Source: Squalus acanthias (taxonomy: Eukaryota). From it: a DNA stretch of 64,000 nt. Where the stretch lies: contig CM059425.1 in NCBI GenBank assembly GCA_030390025.1, positions 168,084,001-168,148,000 on the forward strand. Direction: 5' to 3'. Below the pieces are notes generated by a model, which saw only the letters and a program-made list of their open reading frames with translations, was not told where the DNA came from and searched no databases. The position numbers were made by a program, and so were the translations under genes. This document shows, piece by piece, positions 48,161-62,430 of this stretch; position 1 is the stretch's first letter; the number at the start of each line of letters is the position of its first letter.

Positions 48161-48618
48161 AGAAAGAAAGAACCTACATTTATGTAGCAGCTTTCCCAAC
48201 CTCAGGATGTCCCAAAACACTTCACAATTAAGTAATTCTGAAAGTGTAGTCACTGTTGCAACATTGGGAAATGCAGCAGCTAATTAGTGTACAGCAAGGG
48301 CCCACAGACAACAACAAGATAATGACCAGATAATCTATTTTAGTGATGATGGTTGAGGGATAAATATTGGCCAGGACACCGGGAGAACTCCTTTTCAGTT
48401 TTTTGAACAGTGCCATGGGACATTTTAAGCCCACTTAAGAGGGCAGATGGGGCCTCGTATTAATGTCTCATTCAAAAGAAAGCATTTCCAACAGTATAGC
48501 ACACTCTCACTACAGCACTGAAGCATCAGCCTAGATAATGTGCTCAAGCTTCTGCAGTGGGGCTTGAACCTCTGACCCTCCGACTCAGAAGCAAGTGTAC
48601 CAACATTGAACCAACACA
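48161..48618 (-). mobile_element. Deu-domain SINE, copy 2
   Basis: Reverse-complement homologue of 34352-34781. Confidence 0.82.
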
Positions 48619-49225
48619 GAGCTCCAAACAAGAGGAGTGCAGATCAAACAACTGGGTGCTGAGGTGAGTCAACCCTTCCATGGACCGCAATCAGTGAAAT
48701 TAATAACTGGAAGGTTGGGAAGACCATAAATCAAGCTCAGTGACCCTCTGCTCACAAATATAGGAGCTGCTCTCCTGTTGAGTGAGGCTTCGCACCAGGA
48801 GCACTAACTTGAAAAATGTATATATAATTATACTTAACCTATATTGTAAAATATATCAATATTAGAAACAAAGCTTTTCAATTCTGCATTTAACCTTCTT
48901 GTGCTGAATTGGGTCTAATTTAGATACCTTCAGCTACATGGCAGTCTAATTAAGATGGGTCATATGGGCTGAGGGTGGGTATGCATTAATCCATTTCCAG
49001 TTGTTCAATGGGAAGAGGCGTATATACCTATCTGATTCCCCTTGTATAAGAAGGCACAGGCACGTAGCCAATTTCTCATGGTTTAATGGGAAGGGCAATG
49101 CACCAACCCAATGCTTGGTTCCTTAATTGAAAGCATAGAAACATAGAAAATAGGAGCAGGGGTAGGCCATTCGACCCCTCGAGCCTGTTCTGCCATTTAA
49201 TGAGATCATGGCTGATCATCCAAAT

Positions 49226-52030
49226 TCAGTACCCTGTCCCTGCTTTCTCCCCATATCCCTTGATCCCTTTAGCCTTAAGAAATATATCTAACTCCTTCTT
49301 GAATATATTTAATGAATTGGCCTCAACTGCCTTGTGAGGTCGTGAATTCCACAGGTTCACCACTCTCTGGGTGAAGAAATTCCTCCTCATCTCAGTCTTA
49401 AATGGCTTACCCCTTATCCTTAGACTGTGACCCCTGGTTCTGGACTCCCCCGCCATCGGGAACATCCTTCCTGCATCTAGTCTGTCTAGTCCTGTTAGAA
49501 TTTTATAAGTTTCAATGAGATCCCCTCTCATTCTTCTAAACTCTAGCGAATATAAGCCTAATCAACCCAATCGCTCCACATACGTCATTCCTGCCATCCC
49601 AGATATCAGTCTGGTGAATCTTCGCTGCACTCTCTCCATGGCAAGAACATCCTTCCTCAGATAAGGTGACCAAAACTGCACACAATACTCAAGGTGTGGT
49701 CTCACCAAGGCCCTGTACAACTGCAGCAAGACATCCTTGCTCCTGTACTCGAATCCTCTCGCTATGAAGGCCAACATACCATTTGCCTTCTTAACCGCCT
49801 GCTGCACTTGCATGCTTACCTTCAGCGACTGGTGCACAAGGACACCCAGGTCTCGTTGCACTTCCCCTTTTCCCAATCTATTGCCGTTCAGATAATAATC
49901 TGTCTTCCTGTTTTTGCCACCGAAGTGGATAACCTCGTATTTATCCACATTATACTGCATTTGCCATGCATCTGCCCAATCACCCAACCTGTCCAAATCA
50001 TACTGGAGTTTCTCTGCATCCTCCTCACAGCACACATGCCCACCCAGCTTTGTGTCGTCTGCAAAATTGGAGATATTACATCTAGTTCCCTTGTCTAGAT
50101 CATTTATATATATTGTGAATAGCTGGGGTCCTAGCACGGATCCCTGCAGTACCCCACTAGTCACTGCCTGCCACTCGGAAAAAGACCCGTTTATTCCAAC
50201 TCTTTGCTTCCTGTCTGCCAACCAGTTCTCTATCAAAGACAGTACCTTACCCCCAATCCCGTGTGCTTTAACTTTGCACGCTAATCTCTTATGCGGGACC
50301 TTATCGAAAGCCTTCTGAAAGTCCAAATACACCACATCCACTGGTTCTCCCTTATTTATTCTACCAGTTACATCCTCAAAAAATTCCAGTAGATTAGTCA
50401 GGCATGATTTACCTTTTGTAAAACCATGTTGACTTTCTCCGATCCTGTCACTGTTTTCCAAGTGCTCTGCTATTACATCTTTTATAATGGACTCTAGCAT
50501 TTTCCCCACTACCGATGTCAGACTTACCGGTCTATAATTCCCCGTTTTCTCTCTACCACATTTTTAAATAGTGGGGTTACATTAGCTACCCTCCAATCCA
50601 TGGGAACTGTTCCAGAGTCTATAGAATTTTGGAAGATGACCAGCAATGCATCTACTATTTCTCGGGCCACTTCCTTAAGTACCCTAGGATGTAGATTATC
50701 AGGCCCTGGCGATTTATCGGCCTTCAATCCCGTCGATTTCTCTAACACCATTTCCCAACAAATACTGATTTCATTCAATTCCTCCCTCTCATTAGACCCT
50801 ATGTTCCCCGACATCTCTGGGAGGTTATTTGTGTCCTCCTTTGTGAAGACAGAACCAAAGTATGTATTTAATTGGTCTGCCATTTCTTTGTTCCCCATTA
50901 TAAATTCCCCTGATTCTGACTGCAAGGGACCTACACTTGACTTCACCAATCTTTTTCTCTTCACATATCTATTGAAGCTTTTACAGTCAGTTTTTATGTT
51001 CCCTGCAAGCTTACTCTCATAATCTATCTTCCCCCTCTTAATTAATCCCTTTGTCCGCCTTTGCTGAATCCTAAACTGCTCCCAATCCTCAGGTTTGCTG
51101 CTTTTTCTGGCCAAATTATATGCCCTCTCCTTGGATCTTATGCTATCCCTAATTTCCCTTGTTAGCCACGGTTGAGTCGCCTTTTTTGTTTTATTTTTAT
51201 GCCAAACAGGGATGAACAAATTCTGTAGTTCATCCATGCGATCTTTAAATGTTTGCCATTGCCTATCCACCGTCAACCCTTTAAGTAACGTTCCCCAATC
51301 CATCCTAGCCAACTCGTACCTCATACCATCGTAGTTTCCTTTATTTAAATTCAGGACCCTAGTCTCTGAGTCAACTACTTCACTCTCCATTTTAATGAAG
51401 AATTCTATCATATTATGATCGCTCCTCCCCAAGGGGCCGCGCACAACAAGATTGCTAATTAATCCTTTCTCATTACATAATACCCAGTCTAAGATGGCCT
51501 GATGTCTAGTTGGTTCCTCGACATATTGGTCCAGGAAACCATCCCATATACATTCTAGGAATTCCTCCTCCACAGTATTGTTATTAATTTGGTTAGCCCA
51601 ATCTATATGTAGATTAAAGTCACCCATGATAACTGCTGTGTCCTTATTGCACGCGTCTCTAATTTCCCATTTAATGCCTTCCCCAACCTCAGCATTGCTG
51701 TTTGGGGGTCTGTATACAACTCCCACTAACGTTTCCTGCCCCATGGTATTTCTCAGCTCTGCCCATACAGATTCCACATCATCAGAGCTAATATCCTTCC
51801 TTCCTGTTGTGTTAATCTCCTCTTTAACCAGCAATGCTACCCCACCTCCTTTTCCTTTTTTCCTGTCCTTCCTGAATATTGAATACCCCTAGATGTTGAA
51901 TTCCCAACTTGGTCATCCTGGAGCCATGTCTCCGTAATCCCAATTGTATCATATCTGTTTACATCTATTTGCGCAGCTAATTCATCCACCTTATTACGAA
52001 TGTTCCTCGCATTAAGACACAAAGCCTTCA
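49226..52030 (-). pseudogene. CR1 ORF2: AP endonuclease and reverse transcriptase, frameshifted
   Basis: CLNARNIRNK, GITETWL, VYRPP, MGDFN, SDHN, KSPGPD, YLDFQKAFDKVPH, QGSVLGP and FADDTKL spread over several ORF pieces. Confidence 0.97.
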
Positions 52031-52207
52031 GGCTTGATTTTTTAACACTCTTAGTCCTTTTAGAATTATTATTTACTGTGTCCCTGTTTGATTTACACCC
52101 TTGATTTCTCTGCCTTCCACTTTTGCTTTTCTCCTACCTGTCTTTTGTTTCTATCCTTGCTTCCCTTTCCTCTGTCTCCCTGCACAGGTTCTCAACCCCC
52201 TGCCATT

Positions 52208-53156
52208 TTAGTTTAAACCCTCCCCAACAGCACTAGCAAACACTCCCCCTAGGACATCAGTTCCAGTCCCGCCCAGGTGCAAACCGTCCAGTTTGTACTG
52301 GTCCCACCTCCCCCAGAACCGGTTCCAATGTCCCAGGAATTTGAATCCCTCCCCCTTGCACCATTCCTCTAGCCACGTATTCATCTGAAATATCCTTCTA
52401 TTTCTACTCTGACTAGCACGTGGCACTGGTAGCAATCCTGAGATTACTACCTTTGAGGTCCTATTTTGAAATTTACATCCTAACTCCCTGTATTAAGCTT
52501 TTAGGACCTCATCCCGTTTTTTACCTATATCATTGGTACCTATATGCACCACGACAACTAGCTGTTCACCCTCCGCCTCCAGAATGCCCTGCAGCTGCTC
52601 CGAGACATCCTTGACCCTTGCACCAGGGAGGCAACATACCATCCTGGAGTCTCGTTTGCGGCCGCAGAAACGCCTATCTATTCCCCTTACAATGGAATCC
52701 CCTATCACCATAGCTCTCCCGCTTTTTTCCTCCCGTCCTGTGCAGCAGGACCACCCATGGTGCCAGGAAGTTGGCTGCTGCTGCCTTCTCCCGATAAGCC
52801 ATCTCCCTCAACAATATCCAAAGTGGTATATCTGTTTGAAAGGGGGATGACCACAGGGGACCCCTGCACTATCTGCCTGCGCCTACTACTCTGCCTGGTG
52901 GTCACCCATTCCCTTCCTGCCTGTGCAGCCTTTACCTGCGGTGTGACCAACTCCCTAAACGTGTTATCCACGATGTGCTCAGCATCGCGAATGTTCCAGT
53001 ATGTATCCATTCGCAGCTCCAGCGCCGCAATGCGGTCTGCCAGTACTGCAGCTGGATACACTTCCCGCACACATGGTCGTCAGGAACACAGGAAGTGTCC
53101 CTGATTTCTCACATAGTGCAGGAGGAGCATGCCACGGGGCCAAGCTGTGCTGCCAT
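52208..53156 (-). pseudogene. CR1 ORF1: zinc finger, coiled coil and SGNH/GDSL esterase domain, disrupted
   Basis: MAAQLGPVACSSCTM*..CGKC, DRIAALELR, VIGDSIVRG, HIGTND and DGLHL. Confidence 0.93.
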
Positions 53157-56100
53157 GACTTACCCTTTAATTAATTCAAATTAAATCAAATCAATACCAC
53201 TAATTACACTACAATTAAATGATATACTCAAGGGCCCTTGTTTACCAGCACTCCCCGCTACACAACAGAGACCCTAGAAACTATAAACCACAAAAATTAA
53301 GTTTTGAAAAAAGCAAGAAAGAGAAAAATACTCACCTACCAATCACTTACATGCCTATCAAATTCCTGATGATTTCATGGAAAGGAAAGAGTATACTTCT
53401 ATTTTATTCCCAGACAGGGGTGGCATATGCATTCCTGCCTAAACTCCCCCAACTAAAGCCAACATGCTAGAATGACAGGCAGTCCAAAGACTCAAATCCA
53501 TGATCCTCTGGTAACGATTTTTGCTGATTGAAGTACCAGATAATTTTCTGCACTACCTTTTTTTAAAAAAAAAAGAAAAATAACAGGGGTAAAGGACCAC
53601 TGATATCAAGGAACAATGAACTGCTCATAATATTCACGCATGAAGCATTCTAGTGCTACTCACCCCACCCCACCCCCGCCCCCATGCTTACAAAACAAAT
53701 TTCCTCCCATTTTAAAATGTGAGCTTTCTCATATTTCCATTTGATATAGGACTGTTTTTCTTTTATAACAATTAGAAACTAAAATATAATCTATTTATTG
53801 TCTGAAACAAAGGAAATCAAAATCATAACAATTCTAGGAACTATGTACAAGCTGTTACTGGCACAAGTAATGGTTTCTTTAATATATGACTTCCTGTGTG
53901 TGCTACCTTCAATAATGTAACAATAAATGTATTTCAAAGCCAGCTTTATAGGAGATGCCCTGCTTAATGAAAACTTAATTTTTTAAACCTAACCATTAAA
54001 TGCTTGCGCTGGTTGCCTCCTAATCAATGTTCTCAAAACTTTATACTTACTTCGCACCCTCAAATGGACAGTTTTGTTGGTTGCTGTACTTCTTCAGAAT
54101 TACATATAGGGATGGAGAAAACAGTGAGACTAATGCATCTGTCTCTGCAACACATTGGCCCTGAAATTCCACGGGGGTTCTACCAAATTCCTGGCATAAA
54201 CTCGGCGGGAAACAACAGAACCCCCGACAGGTAAATGGTTGCATTGGGTCTTCGTTGTTTCTGCCAGTTTTCTTGTTGCCTTGTAATGGGCGGTACTTCC
54301 GTCTGCATCTTACATGGAAAATGGCAGGCCAAGAGGTAGGTCTGGGTAGAGCCTGGGCAGCAATCCCCTAAACTAAGAGTTCTCACTACTCAGCCTCAGT
54401 TGCTGCCCAATGTTTCGGTGGTATGCTGAGAGAGGTGAGGTGTACTGGCCTCTACATATGCACATGTATGGTGTCGCCAGTGGGGTCTAGGCCTAGCAAG
54501 CAGCCTAGATCCCCAAGGAGGAAGACTTTTTTTTTTAAATCCCAGATTGCCTCCCTTGCTTGGGGACTGATTTGAGATGTGGCAGGATCAGAGGGTGGGG
54601 CTCGGCAATTACAACACCCCCCATACCCCCGGGGCGGGAAGGCAACTGGCTAAATTTCCACTGGCAAACTACGGCATAGGTTCGTGTTGTGGAGCATCAG
54701 TGGGCACAATCCTGGGGCAACTGCCAGGATCTGCACCCATGGCACTTCACGGCCTTTATCAGGGAAATTGGGTTAGATTATAATGAGGCTTACAGTTTAC
54801 AGTAAAACTACGCCACTTTATAACAGAAGCTGATTGCGCAACTCCTCCAACAACAGAGCTGTGGTCTCCATCTTTTTTTACTTTAAATGCAAATTAGAAT
54901 ACAAGATCATAATTCTAAAGAACAGAGCATTTTCCAGTTCCTGACTGGTAAGAGCATACACTCCTGTGAGCATGGGTCGATTATGCATCAGCACCACAAC
55001 GCTGTGGCACGTCATCTGATTTGTGACACCTGATTTTAACATCCACCAAATAAGTGAAGTAAAATTCAGAGCCTGGGATGAAAACAGAATCTTTCACCAG
55101 ACTTTTCTTTCAGTGACTGCAAGGTTCAAATATTTACTTCCCTGAACTGTGCAAACTGTTTTAAAAAGACACAAATCTCTAAGAGAGATTTATTTAATCA
55201 AATTGCAGAATGGATTGGGTAGCTTGGGATGTAGAATTATGGCCGTTTTCCCCATTTCTTCCTCTGACTCAATCCTGAACTCAAGGTTTTTACTTAAATC
55301 TGATGTAACAGCATCACAGTTTGAAAATATTAACAAGATATATGTATTGCGAGCTTACTGCTTTGAAGAATTATCAGAATATCAGATTTAATGGAATGGG
55401 AGGTGCTGGCTTTGCTGAGAAACACATTGACTAAAATTGTACTGCAGTCGATTCTGTTTTTATAAAGATAATAATGAACTAGTCTCCGAGACTTTAAAAT
55501 TCACAATTACATGAAGTGGTTTCTACACATCTTACTCAGCAAATTTTATGCAGTAATAATGGTTCAGTTAAATGCTGAGATGTTACACTGCAGGGAGAAA
55601 ATGAAGGGTCTTGGGTGAGAGATGACAAATTATTATGTCCTGTTGTTTAGACTGGCTACCCTTGAATGACTTTCAATGGCACACTATTGTGAAAGTAGTG
55701 ACATTAATTTCTTTAATAACAAGCCGACACTTTGAGTTTTGCTGTGTGCATAGTGCATCCTGTGAAACATATCTATATCACCATAAGGGAAATTGGCTAA
55801 AATACTGTATCATTAAACTTCCGATAAAGCATTATGCGGTACTTTTATTGTGTCACAGGCTCCAGGCTAAAGACACCCAAGGGTAAATGCTTCATGTATG
55901 TCGTGCTACACTACAAGCTGGCCAAGGGAATTATTCAGAGAACTGCCCTGAGCGTGTTGCTCTAATTACGACAGCTGTTCCAAACCGACATTTGTAATTT
56001 TCTAAATATTGGATCAGCCAAGAATTCTTCATCCATAATGTCTGCTTTTTCTGCTCTGAATTTATGTTTTTTAAAAATGTATATATAGCACACCTTTCAG

Positions 56101-56544
56101 ACCTTGTTTTGTTGATGAATTGAATAAACTCAGTAACAAAAGCCTGTCTCTGCTTTTTGATTGGTGTAGAATGTGATCTATGGGCCCGCATTAGTAATTA
56201 TTTTAAAATGAGTTTCCCCCCACACCCATTTACACCACAACCACACACATGAAAATGTAATTCTGCTTTTCCTTGCACTCCTGGCTTTGTGCTATATATA
56301 TTGCACAGAATGAATGGGAGCGAGGCAGAGGTCAATCTATAGCAAAGATAACCTGAGGGATTTGGGAGAAAGATTCATGATAGCAAGATTTACATCATTG
56401 TATTTTCAGATTCTGAACTATCACCAGTGACTGTCCCTTTAATTATGATTTGTAATAGCTGGAACCTAGACGGCACAGCGAGCTAGTGTTGCCTTTCATT
56501 TCTGTGGTTCTGATGGAACTGCCTTAGATCTCTGATCTATTTTT

Positions 56545-58130
56545 GTGCTTGAATGATCCGTGTCTTTCTCTAGTGTCTCTCCTATCTCCCCTCATGTCCT
56601 CCCCGAGCTCACCTTGACCATGAGACCCACCTCCTGCTTTCTCAGCCCCATTTCCACTTAGCTGCTTGCCACCCAATTTCCCCTCCTGGTCTCCATGCTA
56701 GTTGACACTGTAAATCGTTCCCTCTACTCAATCACTGTCCCCAGTCAAAACAGTCATCATCACCCCACCCCCTAAAAAATACTACCCTTTGTTCATCTGT
56801 CCTTGCAAACTATCACCCCCACCTCCAACCTCTCATCCTTCTCCAAGTCCTTGAATGTGTTGTCGCCTTCCAAATCTGTGCCCATCTTTCAAACTCCATG
56901 TTTGAATCTCTCCAATCAGGTTTCCACCCCTGCCACAGATTGAAACGGCCCTTGTCAAAGTCACAAATGACATCCTCTGTGACTATGACCATGGTGCACT
57001 ATCCATCCTCGTCCTTCTCAACCACTCTGCAACCTTTGACACAGCTGACCAGGGCAGCCTCCTCCATTGCCTCTCCTTTGTTGTCAAGCTGAGTGGGACT
57101 GCCCTTGCCTGGATTCCCTCTTACCTATTCAGTAGTAGCCAGAGCCAGTCCAACAATGGCTTCTCTTCCCACCTCCACGCCATTACCTCTCGAGTCCCAC
57201 AAGGATCTACCCTTGGTTCCCTCCTCTTCATCATGTATGTACTGCCCCTCGGCGACATATGATGTCAGGTTGCACATGTAAGTAGACGACACCCAGATCT
57301 ACCTCTCCACCGCCTCTCTCAACCTCTCCACTGCCTCTGCGTTGCCAGCCTGCTTTTCTGACATCCAGTCCTGGATGAGGTGATATTTCCTCCAGTCCAA
57401 AACCATCTTTGGCCCCATCATAAACTCCACACCCTCGCCACCGATTTCATTCCCCTCCCCAGCCACTATCTCAGGTTTAAGCCAACCGTTCGCAACCTGG
57501 TATCCCATTTGACCCCGACCTGAGCTTCCAGCCCCATATTCTCTCCATCACAAAAAACGCCTACTTCCACCTCCGTAACATCATCCGTCTCCGCTCTTGC
57601 CCATCTGCTGCTGAAACCCTCACCCATGCATTTGTCACCTCCAGACTCAAATATTCCAATGCTCTCCTGGGGAGGTTCCCATCCTCCATCCTCTATAAAC
57701 TGCAGCTCATCCAAAACTCTGCTGTCCGTATCCTAACCCCCAACAGGTCCTGCTCAGCCATTACCCCCGGTGCTCACTGATCTACTTTGGCTCCAATTTA
57801 AAACTTTCACAAGTATTCAATTCCCTTCATTGCTTCACCCTCCCTATCTCTGTAGCCTCCTCCAGTCCTACAACCTTCCAAAATTTCAGTGTTCCTCCAA
57901 CTCTTGCCTATTGTGCCTCCCTAAGCTCTGGAATTTCTTCCCTAAACCTTTCCATCTCTACACCTCTATCTCCATCTTTAAAACATTCCTTAAAACCTAG
58001 CTCTCTGACCAACTTTTTAGTCACCCCTCCTAATATATCTTTCTTTGGCTTGATGTCAATTTTTGTCTGATTATGTTTCTGTGAAGCCCCTTGGAATGTT
58101 TTTCTACCTTAAAAGCACTAAAGCAAGTTA
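56545..58130 (+). mobile_element. Degenerate L2 LINE (RT and 3' UTR)
   Basis: FESLQSGFHPCH, ALVKVTNDIL, VPQGSTLG, HM*VDDTQIYL, TLTHAFVTSRL and LQLIQNSAVRIL remnants. Confidence 0.9.
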
Positions 58131-59380
58131 TAGTAGTTGTAGATCCTGCATCCCATCATCAGACCCCGACTTTTAAATAGCAATGAGAGCCCCTCCTACC
58201 TATGGCAGGTGCCTTCCCCGTGACCGAAACAGCAGGAAGCGGCTCACCACTATTTTAACCACCCACCTGCACTGTTCCTGCCAGGCAGACAAGGTTAAAA
58301 TTGGGGCTCAAGAAGAGCCACACTCTTCAGGATGATTTCCTATTCAAGGACACAGTAATACACTTTCACTTGATTTATGCTATTGTGTTGTCTGCTTGTG
58401 AACAAATAAAGAATAATTGTCATGTATTTTCGTGAAGGCTTTTCCCTTTAACTCCAATCTCCATTAAGTGTCCTGAGTACATCACTGCAGCACAATCATG
58501 TGCCAACTCTCTCTTTCAAGTAAGATTGCTGAATTAAAGGTGAATTTGTGCTATGGGCTCATGCCCATTACAAAACAGATTGAGATTGCCCCAAACTAAT
58601 TTCATTAAAGGCCTTTACACACACAAAAGTGGGTGTTTCATTCCATCAGTCTGGCCTGGTTTCTCAGTGGTGAGAGAATGGAAAACCTTTCCATTTTCAG
58701 AGCTAGACATTTTAATTACTGGCAAGTTTTGGCATGGGATCAGTAGTCTAATTCACTGCACCTCCCAGTCCTTGTACAAATTGTTCTTTCAATTCACTTA
58801 TCTGATTATATTTTTACTTGTCTTGGAAATATGATAGAACTTCAGTATGACAACTAAACTTTTAAAAATATTAATTAGACATGGGTTAAGTCTGAAGCAA
58901 AGATGACTCATTTAGCATGTATTCCGACATTTACTTCCCCAACTGTTAACAGTACGTGTGTAGGAAGAAAGCACTTGCCCAGTAACATTTAGGACACAAG
59001 TAAAATGTAACATTTAGTTGGTCTGACACATGGATCCCAGGTCTCAGTATTGCATACTTGAAAGCTTAAATTTTCAGATGTTGGCCTACGGGAACCTAAG
59101 AATTAATAATGGCCTTGTTAGAAGATACATCTGTTTTTCACATTTATACTGGTACTGATTCACAGGGTGGAAAAAATGTGTTTTGGTTAAGTTGTGATTA
59201 GCGTACACCTGTTTAATAGGTTACTCTGCAGATCTTGAACCAGAAATAATAGGTTGTACCTTCAATGCTCTCTCTCTGTTTTTCATAGAAATTACACACT
59301 TCACAGCTGGAGCTAGAAACATTGAGGTGGCCCAAGGCTTATTACCATTTTCACATCATTTTTATATCAGATATTATTAT

Positions 59381-59829
59381 AACGAAAGACTTGCATTTAT
59401 ATAGCACCTTTCATGACCTTAGGACATCACAATGCTCTTTACAGCCAATTAAGTACTTTTGAAGTGTAGGCACTGTTGTAATGTATGAAATTTGCGCACA
59501 GCAAGCTCCCACAAATAGCAATAAAATAAATTACCACATAATCTGTTTTAGGTGTTGGTTGAAGGGTAAAGGTTGGCCAGGACGCTGGGGCGAACTTTCC
59601 TACTCTTCTTTGAATAGTGCCATGGGATCTTTTATGTCCTCCTGAGATGCCAGAGGGGCCTCGGTTTAACGTCTCAACTGAAAGATGGCACCTCCAACAG
59701 CGTAGCACTCCCTCGGTACTGCACTGAAATTTCAACCGAGATTATGTGCTCAAGTCCCTGGAGTGGGACTTGAACCATGACCTTCTAACTCAGAAGGTGA
59801 AAGTGCTACCACTGAGCCAAGGCTGACAC
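59381..59829 (-). mobile_element. Deu-domain SINE, copy 3 (best preserved)
   Basis: Minus strand TGGCTCAGTGG (A box), GGTTCAAGTCC (B box) and CAGTGCAGTACCGAGGGAGTGCT core. Confidence 0.88.
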
Positions 59830-60567
59830 ATCTTATGACAGATGTGTGGATTTCAGCACAATTCAGTTAACCCAGGCAGTAATCTCCTCTGTGACTGAAT
59901 GTTGTCAGGGTCTGCCATTTACTGCAGGCCCACAATAATGCAGTGTTTCAAATGTACTGGGTGGGTTTGTCTCTCTCCCTCTATCAGCAGTGACAATGAT
60001 GGATTGTCCTGGCCTTGTGCAGGTACTTCTGTAGAATAGTCCCAGTGTGTTATTTATACCAGTTAAGAGACTATTTAACTAGCTGAATAGTATTCTTACA
60101 GATGCTTTCCAATTGACCAATCAGTTGTCTGTTATTTTTAGTGCCTCCTATCACACTGAAGCTACCATAATGCACACAAAGTAAAGCTGGGTGATCCTGA
60201 CAGTGCGTTAAAAAAGGACAATAATATTATCTCCCATTTAAGACACTGCTTGTGTGCAAAGAGTAATTTCACATCCATTGAGAGTTAAGAGCTGTTGAGG
60301 TGAAAAGAAGTGTTTGGCAAAAAGAGGAAACCAGGCTTCTTGGAGGCAACTTTAGTAATGGAGATGTGGAATTCCATTTAAGGTCAGAGGAGATAGTGAA
60401 GTCAAAATGTTAGCAGATGAAGAAGGGCTAAGAATGGAGCCATCAAAGGTAAGAGGTGGTAGCTGTTGGTTAGACTTATGAGGGAGACAAAATATATATA
60501 TCTTTAAATAACTGAAATATAAAGATTAAGCTCCCTCATTGAAGGACATAGAGCAGATCACGAAATA

Positions 60568-60719
60568 GGGGAGTAGCTTTCAACTTCGGCAGCGGCGCGA
60601 AACTGATACTATTGGATCGACCCTCCGTTATACACTCCGCCCGATTGGACAGAATTTATAACAGGCGGTCAATCCAATACTGCCAGTTTTAAGCCCCTGC
60701 CAAAGTAAAAGTTACCCCC
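60568..60719. mobile_element. Short palindromic MITE
   Basis: TATTGGATCGACC..CGTTATA pairs with TATAACAGGCGGTCAATCCAATA. GGG and CCC termini. Confidence 0.65.
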
Positions 60720-61687
60720 AAGGTAATTCAACTACTAGCAATAGCTGGAATCTTCTTACAAAATATTCTCAAATGAGGTCATTTCATTTGCAATGTTACT
60801 GTTTAATTGAAAAATAATGCATATCATTAAATAAATTTCAAAGGAAATTACCCTCATTACCATTTCATTATTCCAATTATATTGCATACAGTGAAATAAA
60901 GATAATAATAGTGTACCTCTGCATAGTACAGAATAATTACATACAACACAATCAGTATAAATGAAAGCACTGGTGAACGATTGAATGATGCAGTCCTTTG
61001 TATTGTATCAAAAAGGTATTTTGATCTTAAAGGTAATGGAAAGGCAAGTAATCTAATCAAAAGATTCAGAAGGTAAAGAACTATGGATATCAGAGGAGTC
61101 ATTACAAGGCAGTAGTCTAACGAAAACAACAAGAGGACGTCATAAACCACAAACCTGAAGCTCGAGTGGTTTTACCACAATTGTTTTATCACCTGAATCT
61201 CAATGAAATCAAGGGGTGGAAGTCATGCCAGGATCTATATTGCTTCATCTAATGCATACTCCGTGTACCAGTTGTATTCAGTTTTGGTTCATTACTCCAC
61301 CAACAGTATCATGCCAATAGTCAGTGTGTTTGATGTTTTGATACATGATGACCTTTACATGAAGGAGTAATAATTTCTGTTGGATTCATTGTAAATTTAA
61401 TCATTATCATTTGATTATTCTCCCCCTTAAAGTTTTTAGCAAAGCTCATTGATAAGCAAACTCCAATCTACACAGTTTACTAGACCACAACGTATACATT
61501 AAACATTCTTATAATTCCACACCAATAGGAATTAATTCTAAAGTGCAAGATAGCGTCTTATCCAACTGTTTCTAGTATCATGTACATAGCTTAAGCAATG
61601 TAATAGGAAGGTCCAAAGTTAGAACGCCAAAAAAGGTGACAACTTAATAACAGCTCGGACTCTCAACTCAAGGCACGTGGACGCAAG

Positions 61688-61929
61688 GGGGTAGATTTTC
61701 ATCTGTATCACCTGGGCACAAAGCACTGCCTGGGTGGTGCACAGAACAGAATATCAGGCAGGAAAGAATGACATGCCCATAATGGTTCCCACCTGACATT
61801 CCTTCCATTTAAATGAATGGAAGGAAAACCAAGTGGGCTCTGTGACCAGCATGCAGTCCTCCCCGTCCCATTTTCCTCCCTGTGCTCCACCCAATTCACA
61901 CCCAAGTGATACAGGCAAATATCTACCCC
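61688..61929. mobile_element. Palindromic Harbinger-type MITE (242 bp)
   Basis: TIRs GGGGTAGATTTT..CTGTATCAC and GTGATACAG..AAATATCTACCCC, AAG TSD on both sides. Confidence 0.85.
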
Positions 61930-62191
61930 AAGGAGTTAAAATGACAGTGCTGTAGGACATGGGCTTGGCAAAACCTATGCTGCAATACAGCCAATAGTCC
62001 ATCACTTTTACTGCAGTACACAAAAGCACGGCTAACAGCAGTGCCTATTATGAAATTATTGAAGGGAGATATGAAAATAGTTTTCTATGGGGCAGGAAAT
62101 TTTGATTTTGACACCTAATTTGATGCATTTATTGGCATTTTGCAGCCTAATGTAATTCTGAATCTCATTTTTTAAATGAATTAAACCACAT

Positions 62192-62430
62192 CACTCCTAC
62201 TCCTATTTTATTTCCAAGGATTGGCATTTCCACAAATACAGTGTCAGGAATTGTCACAAACAAAGCCAGTTAACGCATGCACCAGGGAATATCGCCTTAT
62301 CTCAAAAAAGCAGCTGCAAACCAGAAAATGAACCTTCACACAAGACAACAGTAAGGCATGCTTCAGAACATTCCTTTTAATGAAAATTAAAAGATTTTAG
62401 AAGCTGCTTTTTAGCAGCTTATTTGTTACA
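62192..62430 (+). repeat. Unclassified ancient dispersed repeat, copy 2
   Basis: Colinear with 5525-5762. Confidence 0.75.

Larger units (their letters stand above)
49134..53350 (-). mobile_element. Near-full-length CR1 LINE (about 4.2 kb), disrupted
   Basis: ORF1 followed by ORF2, 3' UTR and (TTTCTATG)2 tail. The 5' boundary is approximate. Confidence 0.97.

Noticed and set aside
49694..51892. Plus-strand ORFs of 100-140 aa
   Set aside because: Antisense shadows of CR1 ORF2.
59750..59829. tRNA gene
   Set aside because: The A and B boxes are the head of a Deu-domain SINE, and no complete cloverleaf is evident.
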